From Bacilli bacterium (GTDB taxonomy: Bacteria > Bacillota_I > Bacilli_A > RFN20 > CAG-826), in contig JAZQVN010000039.1 of the NCBI GenBank assembly GCA_045631885.1, positions 12,608-76,607 on the forward strand: a stretch of DNA of 64,000 nt, written 5' to 3'. Each line of letters begins with the position of its first letter. Within the stretch, counting starts at the first letter, position 1. Under the pieces are notes generated by a model. That model worked only from the letters and a program-made list of their open reading frames with translations, was not told the DNA's origin and searched no databases. Shown in pieces: positions 19,101 to 27,507 of this stretch. Both the position numbers and the translations under genes were made by a program.

Positions 19101-22100
19101 ATACCCAATTAGTAAAACTCAAGAAGGTATCTTCGTTGAATGTGTTTCTAAAGTCGATTCGACAACATATAACATTCCATTCTTATTCAAATTAGATAAG
19201 AACATCGATATCAATAAATTAAAAGAATGCTTATTAAAAGTTATTGATAACCACGAATATATCAAGACCACTTTATTTATGAACGAAGATGGTGATATTA
19301 GAGCGAGAAGAGAAAACGTTCCAAGCGTGGTCACAATTATCGAAGGTGAAATTAATAAAGATAAATTAATTAGACCATTTAAGATTTTAGATAATCCTTT
19401 ATATCGTGTTGAGATTTATAAAGGCAAACAAGATAACTACTTATTCTTAGATTTACATCACATTATTTGTGATGGTACTTCTGAAGCCGTTATCTTATCT
19501 GATTTAAATAAAGCCTATCATAATGAAGAATTAGTGAAAGAAGAATTCACAGGCTTTGAAGTGGCTTTAAAAGAAAAAGAAGACTTAGCTAGTGACAAAT
19601 TAGAAAAAGCGAAATCGTTCTATCAAGGTGTCTTAAAAGATATTGATGGTGAATACGTTTTAAGAAAAGATTTAAAGACCAGCAAAGAAAGTAAACTTAA
19701 ATCAATTGATTATCCATTAGATATTGACATGGGTAAACTTAATGCCTTTATCAAAGATAACAAGTTAACATTTAACGCTTTCTTTAACTTTGCATTTGCT
19801 TTCTCATTATCAAAATTCATTTATCGTAATGATAGCTTATACACAACGATTTATAGTGGAAGAAATTCTTCTAAATTAGCTAATACTGTTTCTATGTTAG
19901 TTAAGACTCTTCCTGTTTATATCAAATATGAAGAAGAAGACAAAGTCTTAAATAAATTAAAAGAAACAAAAGATTTATTAGAGGGATTAGAAGAAAACGA
20001 TTTATATTCATTCGCGGATATCGTTAATGATTATGGCATTAACGCAGATATGATGTTTGCCTATCAAGGTGATGATTTCCATTTCGATTCTATCGGAGGA
20101 TATCCAGTTGAAGCGGTCTTAATGGAAAGCGATGATGCAAAGAGTGATTTCTCGATCGACGTTTTCTTAGAAAACGGCAAATATCGTATCCATTATGAAT
20201 ATGATGAAAGTTTATATAACGAAAACACCATCGCGTCATTTGAACGCTTATATCAATTAGTCCTTAATGAATTACTAATTAAGTCACAAATTAAAGACAT
20301 TAATTTATTAAGTGATGTTGATAGAAAGTTATATGAAGAATTTAATGATACTGAAGAAGATATTCCAAATATTACCTTCAATAAACACATTGAAAGACAA
20401 GCAAGAGAAAACCCAGATAAAGTCGCGGTTATTGCGAAAAATGGTAGATACACTTATAGAGACTTTAACGCTGCGGCGAATAAAGTCGCTCATAGTTTAG
20501 TTGATAAAGGTGTCAAATTAGCAGACCCAATCGTTATGCTAATGCCTCGTATTGCGGAAGCTTATGTTGTTAGACAAGGTATCATCAAGAGTGGTGGCGC
20601 ATTTGTTCCAGTTGATCCTAAATATCCAGATGATCGTGTTGAATATATCATCACTGACTCTGGTTCAAAGATTTTAATTTCTACGAAAGAAGTTATTGAA
20701 TCTAAGAAAGAATTAATTAAAAAGACTGGTATCATCGCTTTAGATGTCTTTGATTTACTTAAGAGTGACAAAGTCGATAATTTAGATTTAGATATTCCTC
20801 AATCCTCCATGTGCTATGTCATTTACACATCGGGTAGTACAGGAAAACCAAAAGGCGTGATGATTTCTCATCGTAACTTAGTTAACTATGTGACTGATGG
20901 TAAGAATTACGCGACAGAAGAATATCGCATGATTAAAGGTGGCGCGGTCGGCTGTTCCTTTGCCTCATTATCATTTGATGCTTCTTTACAAGAAGAATGT
21001 ATCGTTTTATCACATGGCTTCACCGCGGTTATCGCTAGTGAAGAAGAGATTGAAAACCCATTATTATTAGCCAAAACATTAAAAGAAAATAAAGTAAACA
21101 TTATGTTTATGACTCCATCATTTGTCTCTAACTTATTAGACATTGATGAATTTGTGGATGCATTAAAGAACTTCCAAGTTCTTGATATGGGCGCGGAAGT
21201 TGTCCCGATTGAATTATGTAATCGCTTAAGAGAATTAGGCGTCACCGCGGTTATTAATAATGGTTATGGTCCAACAGAAACCACGATCACTGCGACATAT
21301 TCCACAGTGAAAGATGAATATATGACAATCGGTAAACCAATTGCAAATATCAAAGCTTACCTATTAGATAAGGCGGGTCATATCTTACCAATTAATGCGA
21401 TTGGTGATTTAACTCTCGCAGGCGAGGCCACGGGTATTGGTTATTTAGGTATGCCAGAAAAGACAAAGCAAAGCTTTATTGAACTAAACGGCATGCGTGC
21501 ATATCGTTCAGGTGACTTAGCGAGATATAACTCCGAAGGCAATATTGAATTCTTCGGTAGATTAGATAATCAAGTTAAGTTAAGAGGATTACGTGTTGAA
21601 CTAGATGAAATTGAAAAAGTTCTTAACTCTTATCCAAGTGTGAAGAGAAGTATCATCTTAGTGAAAACTAATCCAGTTGATGGAGATTATCTCGCTGCGT
21701 ATTTTGTGGCCTCGACGATGATTGATAAAGATGATTTAACCGCGCATATGGCGAAATCATTAACTCCTTATATGATTCCAAAGGTGATGATGCAATTAGA
21801 TAAATTCCCATTAACACCAAACGGAAAGATTGATAAGAAAGCCCTTCCAGAAATTGAAGTGAAAGCTTCTAATAAAGTTAGAAAAGAAGCGACTAATGAA
21901 TTAGAAAAACAATTAGTGAAATTATTCTCTAAAGCATTAGGTCAAGAAAATATTGGTATTGATGAAGACTTCTTTGAATTAGGCGGGACCTCATTAAGTG
22001 CCTCTAAGATTGCGATGCTTGCATTAAATGCAAACTTACCAATTTCTTATGGCGATGTCTTTGAATATCCAAGCGTTTTAGAAATGGAAGCCCATATTAA

Positions 22101-23325
22101 ATCATTAAATAACGAAGTGGTTGAAGAAGTTACTGAAGAAGTTAATCTCGATAATAGTGGACTTGCATCCCTTAAAGAAAATGTTGTCGCGAACGTCAAT
22201 GAAGTATGTATTGAAAAAGACTTCGATAACGTCTTATTAACAGGTTCCACTGGCTTCTTAGGAATCCATATCTTAAAAGAATTAATTAATCAAAAGAAAC
22301 ATGTTATCGCTTTAATTAGAGGCGGTAAACTCAATCCGCTTGATCGTTTACAAGGTTTACTCGCGTATTATTTTGATTCTCCATTAGATGAAGAAGTGAA
22401 AGAATATGTGACAGTTGTAGACGGTGATGTCACTGATGAAACATTATATGATAAACTCAAAGAGTTTAAGTTTGATTTAATCATTAACTCCGCAGCGATT
22501 GTTAAACACTTCTCTAATGATGACATTATTGAAAGAGTTAATGTCGGTGGTGTGAAAAACTTAATTGAAATTGCCAAGAAGAAAAATGTCAGATTGGTGC
22601 AAATCTCCACATTATCTGTCGCTGGTGAAAATATCGATGATAAGTTCGATGCGACATTTAGAATGAAAGAGAATATGTTAGACTTTGGTCAAGATGTCTC
22701 AAATAAATATGTCCATTCTAAATTCAATGCAGAAAAAGCGATATTAGAGGCGTGCCTTGATGGATTAGACGGCAAAGTCATCCGTGTTGGTAACTTAATG
22801 AGTAGAAATAGCGATGGTGAATTCCAAGCTAACTCTATTACTAACGGTTTCATGAGAGATTTAAAAGGATATGTTGCTTTACATAAATTCCCAGTTAACT
22901 CCATGGATGTTGAAATCGACTTCTCCCCAATTGATGAAGTCGCAAAAACCATTATCTTATTATCCAAAACTGATAAGAAATTTACTGTCTTCCATTCAGC
23001 GAACTCACACATGGTTCAAATGGGTGACATCATTTATGTCTTAAATGAATTAGGATTCGAAATTGAAGTAGTCAGTGATGATGACTTCTTGAAGTCAATG
23101 AAAGAAATGATGATGGATGAAAGTAAGAGTATGTTAGTCTCATCATTAATCTCATATTCATCAAGTGATATGCATACGCATTCATTCATCCTTTCTGATA
23201 ATGAATTCACTAATAAAGCTTTATATCATTTGAGTTATAAATGGCCAATTACCGATTATCAATATTTAAGAAAGGCGATTGAATCACTTGATACATTAGG
23301 ATTCTTTGATAGGACGGACTTATGA
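16096..23325 (+). CDS. Two-module nonribosomal peptide synthetase, C-A-T-C-A-T-R, with a terminal thioester reductase.
   Basis: Module 1 has a C domain (HHLIMDGTS), an A domain (LYTSGSTGIPKGV, YGPTEGT, YKTGDIVRF) and a T domain. Module 2 has a C domain (HHIICDGTS), an A domain (YTSGSTGKPKGV, YGPTETT) and a T domain (FFELGGTSLSA). The R domain is an NAD(P)-binding Rossmann fold (LLTGSTGFLGIHIL). The stop is TGA. Confidence 0.9.
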   Translation: MIKKSPLSKSEEGLYVSSLNGGDAYNLANTINLGKDFTVEQVQEALNKVALAHPYLFTILGVDEEGNIYKELKVQDIKLEVKEVKELKIESLPYELTNSPLYRFNLYKLDGNLIFYFDFHHLIMDGTSLKIFIDDFFLALEGKELVKESSDAFDFANKEIEIRNSDVYQQDKAYYDNLLSGVETDSTLVEDKVEEAVSYDNIRVPLKIKNDEVKKLTSKEGVKTSTFFLAAFSYLLTKINMENEALFLTVNNGRNKDVLHSFGSYVKTYPLYISYQDDESVSDLLKRVNEQNINNVSHNSYSFMELSKDLGIAPNILFAYQGDYFYKGMLNGKEVIVNPLLRKDGKEKLSIELHRCNNDFIIWVEYRSDLYNKETMEHLIKMYDLALKELLTKEKIIDISLVDDEEERLLESFNIIDAPYIEPNKTILDDFNEAVKEFPDHTAVVFKDRRYTYKEVDVITNRIANQLIKMGAQKEKVVSILINKSEYIVLASLAVIKSGAAYQPLDPSYPQERLNFMVNDSKAIILIRDDNLEGLITEFKGQELLVSSLLSFKDDSEIKSKPAKDDLFIMLYTSGSTGIPKGVQLEHGNIFAFVRYYRQEFKINENSRITAYASYGFDADMMDLYPTITSGATLYIIPDEMRLNLVELGEYFNENGITQAFITTQVGRQFASEIEIKTLKHFLVGGEKLVPMNPPKGYNFYNVYGPTEGTVYCTQQIVDKLYNRVPIGKSLSDYKVYVLDKNKKRLPVLVSGELYISGPQVARGYLNREKENTEAFLKNWFTDEKDYQRLYKTGDIVRFLPDGTIDFIGRKDGQVKIRGFRVELSEVERIIREFKDIKDATVKDFTDPSGVKYICAYIVSDKKINVDELNEFILSKKPPYMVPAYTMQIDKIPLNQNQKVNKRALPEPELKVEEKIAPRNETEQAIFDIVKDVVGHDQFGVTNDLFEIGLTSVSSIRLTILLSKKFDKTVENADLKDNSTVEGLAKFLVNKEEDKTYEILKEYPISKTQEGIFVECVSKVDSTTYNIPFLFKLDKNIDINKLKECLLKVIDNHEYIKTTLFMNEDGDIRARRENVPSVVTIIEGEINKDKLIRPFKILDNPLYRVEIYKGKQDNYLFLDLHHIICDGTSEAVILSDLNKAYHNEELVKEEFTGFEVALKEKEDLASDKLEKAKSFYQGVLKDIDGEYVLRKDLKTSKESKLKSIDYPLDIDMGKLNAFIKDNKLTFNAFFNFAFAFSLSKFIYRNDSLYTTIYSGRNSSKLANTVSMLVKTLPVYIKYEEEDKVLNKLKETKDLLEGLEENDLYSFADIVNDYGINADMMFAYQGDDFHFDSIGGYPVEAVLMESDDAKSDFSIDVFLENGKYRIHYEYDESLYNENTIASFERLYQLVLNELLIKSQIKDINLLSDVDRKLYEEFNDTEEDIPNITFNKHIERQARENPDKVAVIAKNGRYTYRDFNAAANKVAHSLVDKGVKLADPIVMLMPRIAEAYVVRQGIIKSGGAFVPVDPKYPDDRVEYIITDSGSKILISTKEVIESKKELIKKTGIIALDVFDLLKSDKVDNLDLDIPQSSMCYVIYTSGSTGKPKGVMISHRNLVNYVTDGKNYATEEYRMIKGGAVGCSFASLSFDASLQEECIVLSHGFTAVIASEEEIENPLLLAKTLKENKVNIMFMTPSFVSNLLDIDEFVDALKNFQVLDMGAEVVPIELCNRLRELGVTAVINNGYGPTETTITATYSTVKDEYMTIGKPIANIKAYLLDKAGHILPINAIGDLTLAGEATGIGYLGMPEKTKQSFIELNGMRAYRSGDLARYNSEGNIEFFGRLDNQVKLRGLRVELDEIEKVLNSYPSVKRSIILVKTNPVDGDYLAAYFVASTMIDKDDLTAHMAKSLTPYMIPKVMMQLDKFPLTPNGKIDKKALPEIEVKASNKVRKEATNELEKQLVKLFSKALGQENIGIDEDFFELGGTSLSASKIAMLALNANLPISYGDVFEYPSVLEMEAHIKSLNNEVVEEVTEEVNLDNSGLASLKENVVANVNEVCIEKDFDNVLLTGSTGFLGIHILKELINQKKHVIALIRGGKLNPLDRLQGLLAYYFDSPLDEEVKEYVTVVDGDVTDETLYDKLKEFKFDLIINSAAIVKHFSNDDIIERVNVGGVKNLIEIAKKKNVRLVQISTLSVAGENIDDKFDATFRMKENMLDFGQDVSNKYVHSKFNAEKAILEACLDGLDGKVIRVGNLMSRNSDGEFQANSITNGFMRDLKGYVALHKFPVNSMDVEIDFSPIDEVAKTIILLSKTDKKFTVFHSANSHMVQMGDIIYVLNELGFEIEVVSDDDFLKSMKEMMMDESKSMLVSSLISYSSSDMHTHSFILSDNEFTNKALYHLSYKWPITDYQYLRKAIESLDTLGFFDRTDL

Positions 23326-25103
23326 GTTTAAAAAGAAATTCCAAATTAATTGATCGTAAATTCATCCAATATTTGATTCCTTCAATATTGATGATTTTTG
23401 CGATGCAGTTTGGCTCATTAGTCGATGGCATTTTTGTTGGTAACTTTATCGGTAGTGATGCCTTAAGTGCGACAGCCTTAGTTATACCAATTTTATATAT
23501 TATCCAAATCCCTGGATTCGCTCTCGGAGTGGGTGGATCAATTGTCGTCGCTAATTTGTTAGGAAAAAGAGATGTCGATAAATCGAAAAAAGTATTTACG
23601 ATGTGCTTTATCCTCGGCATGGGTTTATCAAGTATATTCGCAATTCTCTCGTTCTTTGTTTCTGAACCTTTGGCAAGATTGTTTGGAGATACATTGCTCG
23701 GGTATTGTACAGATTATGTCTTTATCTACTTATTAACTGACCCAATTATCGCTGCAGCGTTATTAATTGGTTCATTTATGGCGGTTGATAATAATCCAAA
23801 ACTATCTTCTATCTTCTTTATCGTCGCTAATGTCGCAAAAGTCGGTTTAGAAATCTTATTCATCCATCAAGATTTATTAAATTGGGGGATGAAAGGAGCG
23901 GCTTTCTCTACCGCGGCAGGTTATCTCGTAGGCATGATTACCGTGATATTCTATATCTTTAGCAAAGAGAGACACCTCGGATTCACATTTAAACTACGTG
24001 AAAATGGCTTCAAAGAAACATTTAAAGCGAGTAGCACATCCGCGCTTAATCTTTTATTAACAGCGATCCAGATGTTAATCGTCAATATTGTCATTGGTCA
24101 AGTCATCACATCGATGAGAGATTTAAATGCTTATGGATTAGTGGCTAATATGGTCTTTGTTTTTGACTTATTATGTGGTGGTGTGCAAAACGTAATTCCA
24201 AATATTTGTGGGATTTTTTACGGGGAAAAAGATTACTATTCACTTAAAAGCGTTACGAGAAAAATATATTTAATCAACATAATTTTGACAGCGTTTATTA
24301 CCGCGGCAATTGCGATATTCCCGAACATTTACGCGGTGGCGTTTGGCTATAATGACTTCACCGATTTTAACCAAGTTGCTTTATTTATAAGAATCTATTT
24401 AATCTCATTTATCCCATATGAAATTAATAAGTTCTCGATGAATTATTACCCCACAGTGGATAAGAACGTGCCATCTCTTGTTACTGTTTTACTAAGAGAG
24501 GCAATCATCGTTTTACCTGTTACATTAGTCTTATTAAACGTTTATGGATTAATGGGTTATTGCGCAGCTTGTGCGATTACAGAAGCATCCACAGTCATCA
24601 TCACTTATATTTTTATTTACATTTATCAAAAGGTGAAAAAGAAAGGCACACGTGGCATCTTCATGATGGAAGATTTATCATTTGAATCATTTGATGTTTC
24701 TTTAACTAATGAAATGGAAAACGCCTCAGTGATTTCTGAAGACTTAACTGATTTTGCTTTATCAAAGAATGTTCCTAATAGAGAAAGTCAATTAATTGGT
24801 TTAGCTAGTGAAGAGATGGTGGCTAACATTGTCACATTTGGTTATAAACGCAAAAAGAGAAACTATATTGACGTTAGTTTAAAGGTCAACGAAGACACAT
24901 TAATCTTAAGAATTAGAGATGATGGAGTGCCTTTTGATCCGACTAAATATGAATTCGATAATACCGAGGATTATTCCACAAGTGGAATCGAATTAATGAA
25001 AAACATTACTGATAAAATGACGTATATGCGTATACTTAATTTAAACAACACGATTTTTGAAATCAAATATAAGGGAGGTTTGGAAAATGGAAATCCTAAT
25101 TAA
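23322..25103 (+). CDS. MATE-family efflux transporter fused to a C-terminal GHKL (RsbW/SpoIIAB-like) anti-sigma-kinase domain.
   Basis: The MATE N-terminus (LIDRKFIQYLIPSIL...) has about 12 TM helices. The C-terminal ~140 aa have an N-box-like EEMVANIVTFGY and a G1-box-like LRIRDDGVPFD. The ATGA overlap with the NRPS stop implies coupling. Confidence 0.7.
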   Translation: MSLKRNSKLIDRKFIQYLIPSILMIFAMQFGSLVDGIFVGNFIGSDALSATALVIPILYIIQIPGFALGVGGSIVVANLLGKRDVDKSKKVFTMCFILGMGLSSIFAILSFFVSEPLARLFGDTLLGYCTDYVFIYLLTDPIIAAALLIGSFMAVDNNPKLSSIFFIVANVAKVGLEILFIHQDLLNWGMKGAAFSTAAGYLVGMITVIFYIFSKERHLGFTFKLRENGFKETFKASSTSALNLLLTAIQMLIVNIVIGQVITSMRDLNAYGLVANMVFVFDLLCGGVQNVIPNICGIFYGEKDYYSLKSVTRKIYLINIILTAFITAAIAIFPNIYAVAFGYNDFTDFNQVALFIRIYLISFIPYEINKFSMNYYPTVDKNVPSLVTVLLREAIIVLPVTLVLLNVYGLMGYCAACAITEASTVIITYIFIYIYQKVKKKGTRGIFMMEDLSFESFDVSLTNEMENASVISEDLTDFALSKNVPNRESQLIGLASEEMVANIVTFGYKRKKRNYIDVSLKVNEDTLILRIRDDGVPFDPTKYEFDNTEDYSTSGIELMKNITDKMTYMRILNLNNTIFEIKYKGGLENGNPN

Positions 25104-25383
25104 ACACGAAGATGCGATGATCATCTCCTTAAAAGGTAGATTAGATACAGTCACATCAGTCGAATTTCAAAAAGCAGTCGCTGAAGAAGAAATCAAAGAA
25201 TCTTTAGTCATCGTTGACGCGAAAGAATTAGAGTATATTTCTTCTGCCGGCTTACGCGCTTTATTATCACTTAAAAAACAATTAGTCCCAGAGGGCAAAG
25301 GTTTAGAAATCCATAATCTTAACCCTGTTTGCCAAGAAGTGTTCAAAGTCACAGGCTTTAACAATATTTTAACCGTTAAATAA
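25087..25383 (+). CDS. STAS-domain protein (anti-sigma-factor antagonist, SpoIIAA/RsbV-like).
   Basis: A GGAGG RBS precedes the start. The conserved phosphorylatable region is YISSAGLRALLSL. It is about 100 aa long. Confidence 0.75.
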   Translation: MEILIKHEDAMIISLKGRLDTVTSVEFQKAVAEEEIKESLVIVDAKELEYISSAGLRALLSLKKQLVPEGKGLEIHNLNPVCQEVFKVTGFNNILTVK

Positions 25384-25385
25384 TT

Positions 25386-27506
25386 ATGAAAGTTTCTATC
25401 AGGGTCAAAATAGTTGCTCTAGGTGCGATTATTTCCGCTTTAACAATGGCGGTTTCTTTGTTCGTGAGTGATTATCTCTTCCGCATGAATAGTCAAAATG
25501 AACTTTTAGATAATGTTTATTTATGGCTTGATAGTTTAGAAGATGATTATCTTAATCATGAATATAGCGAAACTTATCGCGCGAGAGTGGAAGATACTTA
25601 TAACTATGTTAATGATATTTATAAAACTGGCGTTGAAGACCCTGAAGAATTTGAAAGCTTTGACGCGAAAAAACAATATTTTAAAAATAGATACAAATGG
25701 GTGTACACAATCGATGGCATAGGTATGTATTGGCAAAGTGAAGAAGAAAGAACATTTAGAGCTAATTATGACGATTTGTCAGAAACATTAAGAAACGCCG
25801 CGGTCGGCAAAAATGCTGCCAGTGTCTACTTAGTTTATTTCGATGATACGAATAATCAGATGATCTTCCTCGCGGATGATTCATCCTATATCGCAAATTA
25901 TAAATTTGAATATCATTTACCTGGTTCTCATGTCACAGTCACAAATAGACCACAAAAAGAAGAAAAGCATTATTCGTTTAACTATAACGGTCTCATGACA
26001 AAATGTATCCCAATTGGAACCCCGGCAAATAGCGACGACACAATCGCTTATATCATGATAGAGTACAATTTTGATGCGATTGATGCTGAAGCAAGAACAA
26101 TATTCTTACTTGAGTTATTGACCCTATCATTAACATATATTGTTTTATTAGTAATGTTCTTTATTTTATCTCATTTCATGGTGACAAGAAACGTCATCAA
26201 ATTATCCAAATCATCCCAAAAATTTACTGATAGTTTAAAGAGCAAAAAAGAACTAGTCGTGGAAGATCCACATATTAAATCGAGAGACGAAATTAGAGAC
26301 TTGTCTAACTCTTTCGTTGCGTTAGAAAATGAAATTATCAACTATGTTGATATCATTACTAAAGAAGCGCAAGAAAAAGAAAAATTCAACGCTGAACTTT
26401 CTATCGCTAGCAAGATTCAACTAGACTCATTACCAAATTCTAATTACGCAGATAAGAACCTTAACTTAAAAGCGTTTATTAAGACCGCGAAAGAAGTCGG
26501 TGGTGATTTCTATGATTATTTCTATTTGAACGATAATCAATTGCTCATCACAATATGTGACGTCTCTGGTAAAGGCGTCCCAGCGGCCTTATTTATGATG
26601 AAAGGTAAGGAATTAATTAAATCATTTATTAAAACTGATTCATCATTGCCGGATGCGATTTATAAAGCAAATAACGAATTAGTAAAGAATAATTATGAAA
26701 ACTTATTCATCACTGCGTTTGTCGCGATTATTGATTTTGCTAAACACGAAATTAAATACGTTAACGCGGGTCATGAAAAACCATATTTGTTAACTAATGG
26801 TGAAGTTGAGAAGTTAGATGGCATTTCTAACTTTGTTCTAGGTGGAGAAAGTGGCTTCCCATATGTTGAAGAAAAACATTCATTTAACCCAGGAGATAGA
26901 ATCTTCTTATTTACTGATGGATTAAATGAAGCGATTAACTCTAAAGAAGAAGAATTCTCTTATTCCAGAATAGAAGAAGTCTTAAAAGATAATATCAACT
27001 CATCCATTAATGAAATCATTGAAAATATGAACATCGCGCATAACAAGTTCGTCGCTGGAGAAGATGTCTTTGATGATGTTACGATGTTATTAATTGAAGC
27101 CAGTAAAAACGAACTGCACCTTTCTTATCAAAATGAAGATGTGACAATCATCGAACAAATCGTTGACCAATTCGAGAAAACATTCGCTGGTTTATCCGCG
27201 AAAGTTAAATCAGAAGTTGGCATCATTATTGATGAGATTGTGAATAACATTATCTCTTATTCCGAAGTGGAGAATCTCGAGTTAGATATTGATTTCAAAC
27301 TTGAAAAAAATGAATTAGTCATTATCTTTAAAGATAATGGTAAGAAATTTGATCCATTACAAAAAGAAGATAAATATTTAGAAGAATATAGCGATGATAT
27401 TGAAACCGGTGGCTTTGGCATTGGCTTAGTTAAAACATTATCTACTTCACAAAAATACGAATATAAAAATAAACGCAACATCTTAATGATTAGAAAAGAT
27501 ATCTAA
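25386..27506 (+). CDS. PP2C-type (SpoIIE/RsbU-like) phosphatase with an N-terminal membrane/sensor region and a C-terminal GHKL kinase-like domain.
   Basis: There is an N-terminal TM helix and a central TM helix. The PP2C core is GGDFYDYFYL...ICDVSGKGVPAALFM...FTDGLNEA. The C-terminal DEIVNNIISYS...IIFKDNGKKFDP resembles an RsbW-like ATPase. Confidence 0.7.
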   Translation: MKVSIRVKIVALGAIISALTMAVSLFVSDYLFRMNSQNELLDNVYLWLDSLEDDYLNHEYSETYRARVEDTYNYVNDIYKTGVEDPEEFESFDAKKQYFKNRYKWVYTIDGIGMYWQSEEERTFRANYDDLSETLRNAAVGKNAASVYLVYFDDTNNQMIFLADDSSYIANYKFEYHLPGSHVTVTNRPQKEEKHYSFNYNGLMTKCIPIGTPANSDDTIAYIMIEYNFDAIDAEARTIFLLELLTLSLTYIVLLVMFFILSHFMVTRNVIKLSKSSQKFTDSLKSKKELVVEDPHIKSRDEIRDLSNSFVALENEIINYVDIITKEAQEKEKFNAELSIASKIQLDSLPNSNYADKNLNLKAFIKTAKEVGGDFYDYFYLNDNQLLITICDVSGKGVPAALFMMKGKELIKSFIKTDSSLPDAIYKANNELVKNNYENLFITAFVAIIDFAKHEIKYVNAGHEKPYLLTNGEVEKLDGISNFVLGGESGFPYVEEKHSFNPGDRIFLFTDGLNEAINSKEEEFSYSRIEEVLKDNINSSINEIIENMNIAHNKFVAGEDVFDDVTMLLIEASKNELHLSYQNEDVTIIEQIVDQFEKTFAGLSAKVKSEVGIIIDEIVNNIISYSEVENLELDIDFKLEKNELVIIFKDNGKKFDPLQKEDKYLEEYSDDIETGGFGIGLVKTLSTSQKYEYKNKRNILMIRKDI

Positions 27507-27507
27507 T

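Noticed and set aside
17070-23012. Many 60-120-aa antisense ORFs within the NRPS gene (17070-17336, 17619-17804, 18465-18872, 19119-19334, 20253-20771, 20907-21245, 22047-23012, minus strand).
   Set aside because: They lie entirely inside, and antisense to, a 7.2-kb gene with unambiguous NRPS motifs. They have Leu/Ser-rich low-complexity composition typical of AT-rich antisense frames, and no RBS or promoter.
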